A stretch of 64,000 bases of DNA from Ostreococcus lucimarinus (lineage: Eukaryota), in the NCBI GenBank assembly GCA_000092065.1, contig CP000588.1; one strand, written 5' to 3'. Shown here in pieces: positions 20,277 through 30,388 of the stretch; position 1 is the first letter of the stretch, and the number at the start of each line of letters is the position of its first letter. The translations under genes were made by a program, and so were the position numbers. The notes beneath the pieces were generated by a model that saw only the letters and a list, made by a program, of their open reading frames with translations, did not search any database and was not told the origin of the DNA.

Positions 20277-21192
20277 CTAATCCAATCTCAGCGGCATCTC
20301 TTCCTTGCGCACGCCGTCGGCGTTCATGATCCACAGCTCCACGCGGTCGCCCGTGTAAATGTCGCGCTCCGCCGCCGTCGCGAAGCAATCCTTGATCAGC
20401 TCGATCGCCGCCGCCTCGCTCAACGGCGTCGCGCTCGACACCGCGGGCAGCACCAAAGGCGAAACCGTCTTGAGCTGATTATCCAACACCGGCATGATCA
20501 ACGCCTGTCCCGAACCTTGACAGGAATAATTCGTCCGTTCGTACGAGCCCACGGCGTCGTACGTAAACACCGCCCCTTTCCCTTCCGCGTCCAACCCCGC
20601 GACGATGTTAAACGCGTAATACGGAAAAAACCTTCGGTAGTACAGCGTATTACTCAGCATTTGAGCGAACGACACGCATCCGATAGGCTTCTTATTTTGA
20701 AACTCGTACTGCTTGCATCGCGCCTTGAGCGTCTTCTTCAGCGTCTGCGCGTCCGCCATGAACCCCGCGCTCGCCATGAGCGTCTTCGGGCTCATCTGAT
20801 CCACCTTTTCGTAATTTCTCGTCAAGATGCTGTATCCCGTGCTCATCCGCGTGTCGCTCGCGCATATCACATAATTTTCGCCCGCCACCGCGAGCACCGT
20901 CCCGCCGTTGTTGTCCTATCGAGCGCGTCGTCGAGCGCGTCGTCAGTCATCGCGATCCTTCCTTCGTCGCCGTCGATGCGATCGGACGATCGCATCGACG
21001 TCATCGCGTCTTCGTTCATTCATCGCCTCGCGCGCGCGCGTCCCGTCGCGACGTAAACCGCATCGACGCGTCATCAACCGCGATTGCGTCCGCGCGCGTC
21101 GTCGCGTCTCACGCCTCGCGCGCGCGCGCGCGCGCGTCGCTCGCGTCGCGCACGCACGTATGGCGACCAATTCGCGTGTTGTCTCGCGCCTT
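20277..21192 (-). CDS. PBF1: proteasome subunit beta type-1 (beta6/PBF1-like); join(21148..21192,20277..20915) on the minus strand
   Basis: Track ORF 20277–20897 starts at a GTG and sits immediately downstream of an in-frame TAG. The upstream minus-strand exon encodes MAPEGARQHANWSPY and ends at a GTGCGT donor. The next exon begins DNNGGTVLAVAG… after a CGATAG acceptor. The junction QHANWSPY|DNNGGT matches the plant PBF1 N-terminus. The intron is 232 bp. Confidence 0.85.
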
Positions 21193-21322
21193 CGGGCGCC
21201 ATCGCGCTCGGATCGGCCGCGCGCGCGCGCGAAAGTGACGCGGGATCGACGCTCGGAGGGACTTTCAGCCGTTGACCTCAATTCGCGTCGCGCGATTCGC
21301 TCGCCCGTCGCGCGCGCGCGCG

Positions 21323-24022
21323 ATGGAGCTGTTTCGGAGCGAGCGAATGTCGCTCGCGCGCGTCATCGTGCCCGAGGAAGCCGCGCGGGACACGATCGAA
21401 CGCGTGGGCGAGCTCGGGGTGATGCAGTTTCAAGATCTGAACTCGGACACGCCGGCGTTTAAGCGCGCGTACTCGACGCAGATACGACGCGCGGACGAAC
21501 TGCTGCGACGGTTGCGGTACTTTCGAGACGAAGCGCGACGAGCGACGATCGCGGTGGCGCGATCGAGACGGAGAAACGCGACGGGACGCGGGAGCGGGGC
21601 GACGACGACGACGACGGACGAACTGGACCACGTCACGGAGGAGCTCGAACGCGATCTCGCGCAAGCGCTGAAGAATTACGAGAGGCTGATGAGGACGCAC
21701 AGCGAGTTGATGGAGCTGCAGTTGGTGCTGGAGAAGGCGGGGGGGATATTTGAGGAGAGTCGAGCGGACGGAGGAGGGCGCGGCGGCGGCGACGTGGATT
21801 TTCGCGGGACGCGGTCGTACGACGACGTCGAGGGGGGGGGCGAAAGCTTGCTGCCTGTCGCGAGTGTCGGCATGGGCGCGGCGACGGAGCGGCGCGGTGA
21901 GATGGGATCGAGGTCGGGGTCGTATTTAGAGATGGCGGAATTGGACGCCGCGGGCTCGAGCGGGCGAAGCGGCGACGGCGCGTCCGCGTCGTCCAACAGC
22001 GCCGCGGGCGCGTCGGCGGTGCGACTCGGATTCATCACTGGAGTTATCCTCACGAATAAGGTGATCTCGTTCGAGCGGATTTTGTTTCGCGCGACGCGAG
22101 GGAACATGTTTTTGAAGCAGTCGCAAATCCTGGGCACCGTCGTCGACCCCACGACGGGCGAAAAGTGCGAAAAGACCGTGTGCGTGGTGTTTTTCGCGGG
22201 TGAGCGAGCGAGAGAGAAAATCATCAAAATCTGTGAGGCGTTCAACGTGAATCGGTATCCGTTCCCTGAGGATTACACACGTCAGCGACAAATGTACGCC
22301 GAGTGCACGGCGCGTCTCGTCGAGTTGCAGTCAACGCTCGACGCTTCCACGCAGCATCGCGACGATGTTTTGCGTAAAGTGGGCGACAGTCTGGAAGATT
22401 GGATTCAAATAGTTCTGCGCGAGAAGGCTATTTATCACACGATGAGCATGTGCTCGGTCGACGTCACACGAAAGGTGCTCGTGGCTCAAGCTTGGATTCC
22501 TGACTACGCGCTGTCCTCCGTGCAGACCGCCTTGACGGATGCGAATCATTCCTCGCTCGCTTCCGTTGGGACGATTTTTCAGCAAATAGAAACCAAGGAA
22601 TCCCCGCCGACGCACTTTCAGACGAACAAAGTCACCTCAGTCTTCCAAGGCATCGTCGACGCGTACGGCGTCGCGAGCTATCGCGAGGTGAATCCCACGG
22701 TGTTCACCATCGTGACTTTCCCATTCCTATTCGCCGTCATGTTCGGTGATTTTGGCCATGGATTTCTCATGCTCTTCGCCGCGCTATATTTGGTGATGAA
22801 CGAAAAGAAGCTCGCGGCGTCGGGACTGAACGAAATCATCCAGATGGCGTTCGACGGTCGATACGCCATCCTACTCATGTCCATTTTTAGTATTTACACT
22901 GGTTTACTCTACAACGAATGTTTCTCTGTACCAATGAATTGGTTCGGTGCGAGTAAGTATGTGTGCGATCCAAATGACCCGACGGCGTCTACGACGTGCG
23001 ATTCGGCGTATAAGACCGGCCTGGTGAATAACGGCGACGGCGCGTACGCCTTTGGCGTCGACCCCATCTGGCACGGTTCGCGTTCGGAATTGCCGTTTTT
23101 GAACTCGCTGAAGATGAAAATGTCTATTTTGATGGGTGTGACGCAGATGATGCTCGGAATCTTCATGTCATTCCTAAATCAGGTGTACACAAACGACAAG
23201 CTCTCGATGTATTGCGAGTTTTTCCCGCAAGTCATCTTCCTCGGCGCGCTCTTCGGATACCTGTCGTTGCTGATCCTCATCAAGTGGTGCACGCCTGGTT
23301 CGACTGCCGATTTGTATCACGTTATGATATACATGTTCCTTTCCCCGGGCAACGTCGATTGCGCCGGCGAAGGCGAAAACGGCGGTCCCGGTTGCCCCGA
23401 AAACGTCTTGTTCCCAGGGCAAGCGGGCTTTCAAAATTTTTTGTTGTTTCTCGCCTTTGTGGCGGTGCCGGTGATGCTGTTTCCGAAACCGTACATTTTG
23501 AAGAAGCGACACGAAGCGTCCCGAGGCGGGGTTCGGCGAGGCGGCGTGCGATACGCGCGGCTTGATGCAGAAGATGACGACGACGAGGCGTTTTTGCAAG
23601 CGTCAGATGCGGAGAACAGCTCACCGTCGGCTGAAGAGGAAGAAGAATTTGATTTCGGCGAAATCATGGTGCATCAAGGGATCCATACCATTGAATTCGT
23701 TCTCGGCGCTGTGTCAAATACCGCGTCTTATCTTCGTCTTTGGGCGCTGTCACTAGCGCATGCGCAACTCTCAGCCGTGTTTTGGGATCGCGTCTTCATG
23801 GGCGCCGTGGCGAGCGGAAACGTCGTCGCCATCGTGATGGGTTTCGCCGTGTGGGCGTTCGCCACGATTGGGGTGCTCATGCTCATGGAATCTCTGTCCG
23901 CGTTTTTACACGCGTTGCGCTTGCACTGGGTCGAGTTCAACAACAAGTTCTTCAAAGGAGCCGGCTATGCCTTCGTCCCGTTCACCTTCGTCGGTCTCAG
24001 CGACAAGTCCGACGACGCGTGA
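21323..24022 (+). CDS. VHA-a: V-type proton ATPase 116-kDa subunit a
   Basis: The ORF 21272–24022 has ATG MELFRSERMSLARVIVPEE at ~21323. It shows the V0 subunit-a N-terminal signature and the C-terminal multi-TM region (…LRLWALSLAHAQLS…). Confidence 0.9.
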   Translation: MELFRSERMSLARVIVPEEAARDTIERVGELGVMQFQDLNSDTPAFKRAYSTQIRRADELLRRLRYFRDEARRATIAVARSRRRNATGRGSGATTTTTDELDHVTEELERDLAQALKNYERLMRTHSELMELQLVLEKAGGIFEESRADGGGRGGGDVDFRGTRSYDDVEGGGESLLPVASVGMGAATERRGEMGSRSGSYLEMAELDAAGSSGRSGDGASASSNSAAGASAVRLGFITGVILTNKVISFERILFRATRGNMFLKQSQILGTVVDPTTGEKCEKTVCVVFFAGERAREKIIKICEAFNVNRYPFPEDYTRQRQMYAECTARLVELQSTLDASTQHRDDVLRKVGDSLEDWIQIVLREKAIYHTMSMCSVDVTRKVLVAQAWIPDYALSSVQTALTDANHSSLASVGTIFQQIETKESPPTHFQTNKVTSVFQGIVDAYGVASYREVNPTVFTIVTFPFLFAVMFGDFGHGFLMLFAALYLVMNEKKLAASGLNEIIQMAFDGRYAILLMSIFSIYTGLLYNECFSVPMNWFGASKYVCDPNDPTASTTCDSAYKTGLVNNGDGAYAFGVDPIWHGSRSELPFLNSLKMKMSILMGVTQMMLGIFMSFLNQVYTNDKLSMYCEFFPQVIFLGALFGYLSLLILIKWCTPGSTADLYHVMIYMFLSPGNVDCAGEGENGGPGCPENVLFPGQAGFQNFLLFLAFVAVPVMLFPKPYILKKRHEASRGGVRRGGVRYARLDAEDDDDEAFLQASDAENSSPSAEEEEEFDFGEIMVHQGIHTIEFVLGAVSNTASYLRLWALSLAHAQLSAVFWDRVFMGAVASGNVVAIVMGFAVWAFATIGVLMLMESLSAFLHALRLHWVEFNNKFFKGAGYAFVPFTFVGLSDKSDDA

Positions 24023-24113
24023 ACAGAACGGCAAATTAGCATCATGATATGATACGAATTGATTGTGTAATGATAAACGTTACAACATTTAGCAAAATGA
24101 TAGTGTATACAGT

Positions 24114-26309
24114 TCACGACGACGAGCGCGTTCGTCTGAGCCACGGTCTTGAGTCGCCCGTTTGCGTTTCGACGGTGTGCGTTCGGCGCGCGTCAAAAAG
24201 CGAGTCGCGATTTGTGAGGTCTATGAAGACCTCCACAGCCTGAAGACCAATGAATGCAAGAGCGCCTCGTCTTGATGTTTCGCTTTGGTCGAGCGCTGAT
24301 AATCCGACCGCGATGCCGACGACGGCGCACAGGGAACTCCACGCGTGCTGTACACCGCGAATTTTTCGGCGGCGGCGATTGTCCGCGCAAAGCGCCGCGA
24401 GTAAGTTTTTGAAAGTATCCCAGTATAGATATTGACACCTTGACACGCGTATTTGCCGCGCACCTTGTGATACGCGCGCGACGAAATGTGCCAGTCGCAC
24501 GTGATCGTTTTCGCATTGGCGATTGAGACGCGAGGCGAGGCGATTGAAATCAACGCTCCATGCGATGAAGACGGTAAAGGCGAAAGCCACCGCCGCGTCC
24601 GCCGCGCTCGTCATCGTGAAGCCCGCGGCAAGTGCGACGTAGATTACTCGCGCGAACGCGTGTGCGGTCCTCGAATACTGCAGCGAATGCGCGACAATGC
24701 GTTGCATCGCAATGGATGCCACAAACGTTCCGATGGCAGCGTATAAGAGCGCGTTGGAAGGATTCCACATTCGTCGCTTGCCGTCGAGCCATCTTTCAAA
24801 AGCGTGCAGTGATATAGCTGGAGTGATACCGACGCATGCAAAGATACTGACGATCAACGAAACTGATTGAAAGTTCCAACCTTTCATGGACGCGGCAACG
24901 TTCTTCGTTGGGGCAGCGAGAAATTCTCGCGGCGACGGATGAATAACCCTTGACTTGTCAATCGGCGCAGTCTGTCGCCGCGACGACGACGACGACAGCG
25001 CTCGATGAATTGTGTGCGCGTCGCAACCCTCCAGCATAGAGCTCCATTTACCGATGAACACGACGCTGTTGCCTTCGGTGATGACGATACGATGGCACAA
25101 AGGAAGTACGGCGATATCAGTCGTGGTGAACACGCAGGACCGACGCCGGTTTGTTAGGCGATTCATTGCTCGCAATCGCGCGCGTTCATCGTATATTTCA
25201 TAGAATGGGTCTTGTGCCAGCATGATACGAGCGTGCGCGCACCTTGCACGCTCCAAACCGATTTCACACGCACCACCATCGCTCGTGCTACACGCGATGA
25301 CGTCGTCCGCGGTTTCCTTTGGTCGCTTGCGAAGCGCACATTCCAGGTAGCGATCTGATGAGCATAACGCCGCTTCTAACGACTCTATCAGGCGCGATCG
25401 TTTCAGAGCATCTACGCGTGATGAAGCAGATCCCAACACCAGCGCGTTGACACGCCTATCGACGGGTTCGGGCACGCGCCATTCCTTGCTCGGCGAAAGC
25501 AGTACGTCAACTTCGTCCGCATGTTCGACGCCTCGAATAAGTCGATTAAATAAGTCGTATCGTCCATCGCCGACGATGGCGACGAGCTCTCCGCCGTTTT
25601 CAACGAGCGCCGATGTTGACACAGAGGGCCCTCTGTGAGAGCTCCGTTCGTTGTCGGTCACGAGAGCTACAAATTCGACGCGTCGTGCCGAGTCAATTTT
25701 CGCTCGCCGAGCGCTCACGAGCGCTCGAACGCATGCTCGAGTCAAAATCAGCGCTGAAAATGCATCTGCTTCGTCGATGTATCGTACATACGCGGAATGT
25801 GCGAAGCAAGCGGTAATCAACACCGCGTAAGCGACCGCATCCACGTAGTTCTGTCTCGATCCAGAAACTGCCAAAGCAGCCTCGCTTTGCGCAAACAGTC
25901 GCCATTCATGCGCAATTCGTTCCGCGCACAGTGAACGGTTTGATGCCAGCAATAAAGTATCATAAACTGCTCGCTCGTATTTCTCCGTCACGCGCAAACG
26001 CGTTAATCGCGAAACTGTGTCGACGACGCCGAGCGCGGCGAAAGATGGCAAAATCCAACCGAGCTCGCCGCGAGAGACCAATCGGCGAACGCCGAACGCA
26101 CAAAACACCGTCGAGGTGAATATCAAGATATTGAGAAAACGACACGCAAAAATCAATCCATCGACGTGCGAGAATCTCGATGCGTTTTCGTGTTTCGTAT
26201 CCCCAATGTGAAAGAGTTCCTCGCGGCTCCAACGCGCGAGAAGACCAAACCATCGCGACGTCGGTGCGGGCGCAAACGCGCTCGCGGCGTGACGCGCGCG
26301 TGAAAGCAT
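24114..26309 (-). CDS. ABC-transporter-like membrane protein with a degenerate nucleotide-binding domain
   Basis: The 786-aa track ORF 24114–26474 probably starts at an internal Met (~26309). It has hydrophobic TM-like segments. An ABC NBD-like region has the correct spacing but degenerate catalytic motifs: Walker A GELVAIVGDGRYDL, signature SDGGACEIGLERARCAHA, Walker B IMLAQDPFYEIYDE, and H-loop SCVFTTTDIAV. A further multi-TM segment follows (LQYSRTAHAFARVIYVALAAG…). Confidence 0.45.
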   Translation of the reverse strand: MLSRARHAASAFAPAPTSRWFGLLARWSREELFHIGDTKHENASRFSHVDGLIFACRFLNILIFTSTVFCAFGVRRLVSRGELGWILPSFAALGVVDTVSRLTRLRVTEKYERAVYDTLLLASNRSLCAERIAHEWRLFAQSEAALAVSGSRQNYVDAVAYAVLITACFAHSAYVRYIDEADAFSALILTRACVRALVSARRAKIDSARRVEFVALVTDNERSSHRGPSVSTSALVENGGELVAIVGDGRYDLFNRLIRGVEHADEVDVLLSPSKEWRVPEPVDRRVNALVLGSASSRVDALKRSRLIESLEAALCSSDRYLECALRKRPKETADDVIACSTSDGGACEIGLERARCAHARIMLAQDPFYEIYDERARLRAMNRLTNRRRSCVFTTTDIAVLPLCHRIVITEGNSVVFIGKWSSMLEGCDAHTIHRALSSSSSRRQTAPIDKSRVIHPSPREFLAAPTKNVAASMKGWNFQSVSLIVSIFACVGITPAISLHAFERWLDGKRRMWNPSNALLYAAIGTFVASIAMQRIVAHSLQYSRTAHAFARVIYVALAAGFTMTSAADAAVAFAFTVFIAWSVDFNRLASRLNRQCENDHVRLAHFVARVSQGARQIRVSRCQYLYWDTFKNLLAALCADNRRRRKIRGVQHAWSSLCAVVGIAVGLSALDQSETSRRGALAFIGLQAVEVFIDLTNRDSLFDARRTHTVETQTGDSRPWLRRTRSSS

Positions 26310-26439
26310 GTGTCTTATGCGGGTTTTTGGAACTACACGCGAAATCGAAGTCGTAGAATGTTGCGAGTTGCGTTCTGCAGCTGCAGCTGCCTCGGGACGC
26401 GCGAAACGACAACGAATACAACATGTTACAAGATAGATA

Positions 26440-28149
26440 CTACAGCGGCCAGTCTGGAAGTGGTCCGGGTACATATTCGCAATGAAATCCGTACGGTACG
26501 CGCATTGGAATATGCACGACGCACTGCGTCGTGAGTTCGTCGCCCGAGGCGTCTAAAATTAATAACTCTGCTCGAGGCTCTTCACCGTCGACGTCGAGGT
26601 GTGTCAACACGAGCAAATAACCGTCGTCTTCGCGCGCGGCATCTTTCGAAGGAACGAAAATAATGTCACCACACGTGACACCTTCACCTAATTCGTATCG
26701 AGTCGTCACTCCTGACTGTAGGTCGTGCTTGAGTACGGCGTCGAACAGAGGAATGTCCATGCGCGACTTTGGTTCGGTGCCCAATTTGTACGCCACCGAG
26801 TACGCGAAGCGGTACTTTAAGCCAGTGTACTTGCGGTTAATACACGGAAAGTCGGAAGTCTGTTCGCATAGGCGCTTGCTCGATATTATCGCGTTAGCGT
26901 CGGTGTCGATTTGCCATCTCCACAACGCCGCAACGTCGCGACCGGCGTTCACTGGATTCTTCGCCGGCGTTGAACGCGGCACGTTCGACTCTTGGCACAT
27001 CCCCAACGCGTTCGTTTCGTCGGCTTTGCACACATCCAACGTCAGAATATTTCCTTCTTCGTACGCGTTCACGACGTGATACGCAAAGCACGTCTCGCCA
27101 GTGTCAATCCAAAACGGCCCTTCCTCACCTCTTCGTGGGAGATATCCGATACGCAACGTGCATTCTCTTTCAAAGCTAAACGGCAGTCCGCCTTCGATGA
27201 CGCGCGGCAAGTTGAAGATCAACGGCCCATCGATCAGCACCGTCTTTGTCGGCGTGATGGCGACGTCGTGTTGCATCGAGGGTCGAGGCACTTTAAATTG
27301 CCGCCGGTGCGTGCGTTTCCCCGTCTCGCCGTCGATCACGCCAACCGTGATCGTCGTCTGCCCATCCTGCTCGCCGCTCAGCGCCACGAGATTGTACCCG
27401 ATGTAAATTAACTCGTCCGTCATCGGGCACGTCTTCGAATGCGCGGTGAAATTGTCCAGCCAATAATCCATCGTGCCAAACGTCTGATTGAAATCGCACA
27501 GCCCTTTCGTGCGCAGCGTCGGCTCTAACGCGATCTCGTACGGCGAACCGCTCTCGTACGTCGCTAACAATCGCCCCGCATGATGCGTCAATCCGTTACT
27601 ACTCGTATTCTTGGACTGAATGACGAAGAACGCCGAATCCGGCTGCCGAACGTCCAAGGTCATCTTTTCCAACAACCTCGGCAGCAAGTACCGCCAAATC
27701 GGATTTATATCCCGGAGCCCCGTGTACAGCGCCGCGTTCGCCTTTTCTTCTCGCTCGAAACCGCGCGTGCGCACGTACCGCCTTGTATACTCCGCTCGTT
27801 CGCCCTCGCCGCGCAAACGAATCGCGTGCACCATGCCGTCGCCGTCGAACCAGTGATACCGATTCGTCCCGAGCGCCGGTCGAAATCGCGCGTTCGGGCC
27901 GTTCCGCAGGTACAACCCGTCCAAATCGTCCGGCAACCGCCCGCGCGCGACGACGCACGCGACGGGCGTCTCGAGCTCGCCCTCCACCGGCGCGAAGTTC
28001 CCAGATAACGCCGGGTTCGTCGTCGCGTCGTCGTCGAGCCACCGCGGCGCGCGCGAGATCGCGCGCGCGCGCGTCCCGGACGCATCGCTCGACCGCTCGC
28101 GCCGCGCGTCGACGCCCGCGGCGGCGCGCGAGACGCACAGCGCGCGCAT
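26440..28149 (-). CDS. carotenoid cleavage dioxygenase (CCD/NCED, RPE65 family)
   Basis: FAPVEGELETP, LDGLYLRNGPNARF, HWFDGDGMVHA and the iron-binding His signature match this family. The track ORF 26440–28743 carries a Ser-rich low-complexity N-terminal extension. The likely start is MRALCVSRAAAG at ~28149, giving about 570 aa. Confidence 0.8.
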   Translation of the reverse strand: MRALCVSRAAAGVDARRERSSDASGTRARAISRAPRWLDDDATTNPALSGNFAPVEGELETPVACVVARGRLPDDLDGLYLRNGPNARFRPALGTNRYHWFDGDGMVHAIRLRGEGERAEYTRRYVRTRGFEREEKANAALYTGLRDINPIWRYLLPRLLEKMTLDVRQPDSAFFVIQSKNTSSNGLTHHAGRLLATYESGSPYEIALEPTLRTKGLCDFNQTFGTMDYWLDNFTAHSKTCPMTDELIYIGYNLVALSGEQDGQTTITVGVIDGETGKRTHRRQFKVPRPSMQHDVAITPTKTVLIDGPLIFNLPRVIEGGLPFSFERECTLRIGYLPRRGEEGPFWIDTGETCFAYHVVNAYEEGNILTLDVCKADETNALGMCQESNVPRSTPAKNPVNAGRDVAALWRWQIDTDANAIISSKRLCEQTSDFPCINRKYTGLKYRFAYSVAYKLGTEPKSRMDIPLFDAVLKHDLQSGVTTRYELGEGVTCGDIIFVPSKDAAREDDGYLLVLTHLDVDGEEPRAELLILDASGDELTTQCVVHIPMRVPYGFHCEYVPGPLPDWPL

Positions 28150-28198
28150 CGCGAACGCGAGGACGAATTCGACGCTCGACGCGTCACTCACTGACGCG

Positions 28199-29051
28199 AT
28201 GACGACCGCGCACCGACCGACGTGGGCGCCGGCGAAGGGAAAGGAACACCAAGGCGGCGCGCGCCTGTTCGGACCGAGCGCCAAGCACAGCAAACTCGAC
28301 GCGAATGGATTCATGACGCTGAAGACGAGACACGAATCGCAATCGGGCGCGGACGCGCTGCTCGCGCGGGATTTGCGCGCTGAGCTCGAGGAAAAGGAAC
28401 GACGGGCGAAAGGAAAGGGCGCGATCGCGGGCGCGGACGTGAAGGAGACGATCGCGGCGCTGGGGAGCGGGGCGAGCGATGATGGTGGACGGTTTCGAAC
28501 GCGAGCGGAGGACGCGGACGACGACGCGAGCGCGAGCGGGAGCGACGACGAGAGCGATTCGGGGAGCGATGATGAGAGCGATGGTGCGTGTGCGATGTTT
28601 TCGTCTCTCGCGAACGATGGCGCGGCGCGCGATGCGATGCGAGACGCGAGACGCGAGACGCGAGACGCGAGACCCGACGACGCGAGGCGACGGCTGACTA
28701 ACCCTACCACGCTCTCGATTCGCAGACGACGACACGGCCGCACTCTTGGCCGAGCTCGAGCGCATCAAGAGCGAACGCGCGGAAGAAGCGCGTTTGAAAG
28801 CCGAGGCCGAGGCGTCGGAGGCTTTCGAGCGACAAAAAGACGAATTAGCGACGGGGAACCCGTTATTGGACCTCGCGACTGGCGGCGCCGGCGCGAGCGC
28901 GGGCGGCGACTTTAGGACGAAACGGCGCTGGGACGACGACGTCGTGTTCCGCAACCAAGCGCGCGACGAGCCCAAGGTTGGGAAGCGTTTCATCAACGAC
29001 ACCATTCGAAGCGATTTCCACAAGAGGTTTTTGAACAAGTACATCAAGTAG
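28199..29051 (+). CDS. CWC15: spliceosome-associated protein CWC15; join(28199..28583,28726..29051)
   Basis: The N-terminus [27 protein letters not shown] matches CWC15 MTTAARPT(F/W)EPA…. The C-terminal ORF is in another frame (…[14 protein letters not shown]…[17 protein letters not shown]). A 142-bp intron (GTGCGT donor, CTGAC branch, CGCAG acceptor) splices the two to give …SDDESD|[20 protein letters not shown], which matches human [23 protein letters not shown]. The intron contains (GCGAGAC)5. Confidence 0.85.
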
Positions 29052-29206
29052 CCCGCCGCGAAAAATGATTTTTATCTCACGACGACGATGACGACGATGA
29101 CGTGAAGATGACGTGAAGGTCGACGCCGTGCGCGCCGCACTCCGCGACTCGCTCGCGCGGACGACGATCGACCGACCCACGCGCACGCGCACACGTCTTA
29201 AAAACC

Positions 29207-30274
29207 ATGCGAACCGCGATGATGCACGCCGTGCGCGCGTACGCCCGCCCCGCGTCCGCGAGCCGCCGACCAACCCTCGGTCGCCAATCCATCGCCGCGC
29301 CGCGTCGTGGTTTCACCGTCTCCGCGCGCGCTTCGGATAAGACGGTGGAGAAGGGCGATGCCGTCGCGATTCACTACGTCGGCACGCTCGAGGACGGCAC
29401 GACGTTCGACAGCTCGAGAGAACGAAACGAACCGATTAAATTCACCGTCGGCAGCGGGATGATGATCCCTGGGTTCGACAAGGGCGTCCTCGGATTGGCT
29501 GTCGGTCAAAGCAAGACGATCAAATGCGCGCCCGCGGATGCGTACGGGGAGGTGCGACCGGAAAATATCCTCAGAGTGCCGAAGAAGGACGTCGTGGACG
29601 CGGTGGGTGAAGATTTCGTCAAAGTTGGCGAAAAGCTGATGGTCGGACAAGGCATGCCGGCGGAGATCATCGAGGTGACGGACAGTGAGGTGGCGCTGGA
29701 CGCCAATCACCCGTTGGCCGGGAAGACGTTGAACTTTGATATCGAGCTCATGAGCTTGGACCGACTCGAGGTGAAGCACCGAGATAAGTTCAAGTGCTAT
29801 TTTGACATCACCATCGGCGGCGAAGCCGCGGGGCGAGTCACTATGGAGATTCGCGGCGACGTCACGCCCAAGTGCGGGGAGAACTTCAGGCAGTTGTGCA
29901 CCGGTGAGGCTGGATTCGGATACAAGGGTTCTCCGTTTCATCGCGTGATCCCGGGTTTCATGTGCCAAGGTGGGGATTTCACCAACCGCAACGGCACGGG
30001 CGGCAAGTCCATCTTCGGCAACAAGTTTGAAGACGAAAACTTCACCTTGAAGCACACGGGACCGGGGATTTTGTCCATGGCGAACGCCGGACCGAACACG
30101 AACGGCTCGCAGTTTTTCTTGTGCACGGCTGAAACCGCTTGGTTGGACGGTAAGCACACCGTCTTCGGCTCCGTCATCGACGGCATGGACGTCGTTAAGA
30201 AGGTTGAAGCCGTTGGCTCGCAATCCGGCGCCACGTCCGCGGAAGTTCTCATCGCCGATTGCGGCGAGCTTTAG
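29207..30274 (+). CDS. dual-family immunophilin: SlyD-type FKBP PPIase domain (with IF insert) fused to a cyclophilin-type PPIase domain, with transit-peptide-like N-terminus
   Basis: 355-aa ORF. The FKBP part is [21 protein letters not shown]…[23 protein letters not shown] with the insert-in-flap (…[18 protein letters not shown]). The cyclophilin part is [17 protein letters not shown]…[16 protein letters not shown]…[23 protein letters not shown]…. Confidence 0.8.
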   Translation: MRTAMMHAVRAYARPASASRRPTLGRQSIAAPRRGFTVSARASDKTVEKGDAVAIHYVGTLEDGTTFDSSRERNEPIKFTVGSGMMIPGFDKGVLGLAVGQSKTIKCAPADAYGEVRPENILRVPKKDVVDAVGEDFVKVGEKLMVGQGMPAEIIEVTDSEVALDANHPLAGKTLNFDIELMSLDRLEVKHRDKFKCYFDITIGGEAAGRVTMEIRGDVTPKCGENFRQLCTGEAGFGYKGSPFHRVIPGFMCQGGDFTNRNGTGGKSIFGNKFEDENFTLKHTGPGILSMANAGPNTNGSQFFLCTAETAWLDGKHTVFGSVIDGMDVVKKVEAVGSQSGATSAEVLIADCGEL

Positions 30275-30388
30275 GTTTTCGAGACACAGTTACACATTTC
30301 GCCCCCATTATTCCAACCCTTAATACCGATTATTGCATTAATTGGCCTTGGCACAGTTTTAAATTAAAATCCAACACAACTACAAGTT

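Noticed and set aside
20277-20897. ORF-track 'M' starts that are really GTG/TTG codons, for example 20897 GTG, 40300 TTG, 28746 TTG, 13088 TTG and 13903 TTG
   Set aside because: The track uses bacterial alternative start codons. In this eukaryotic context those positions are internal codons or exon starts after acceptor sites. They are not initiation sites.
28640-28680. (GCGAGAC)5 microsatellite considered as a regulatory repeat
   Set aside because: It lies inside the CWC15 intron. The same unit recurs in other introns, so it is better explained as part of the shared intron-family sequence in the first finding than as a promoter element.
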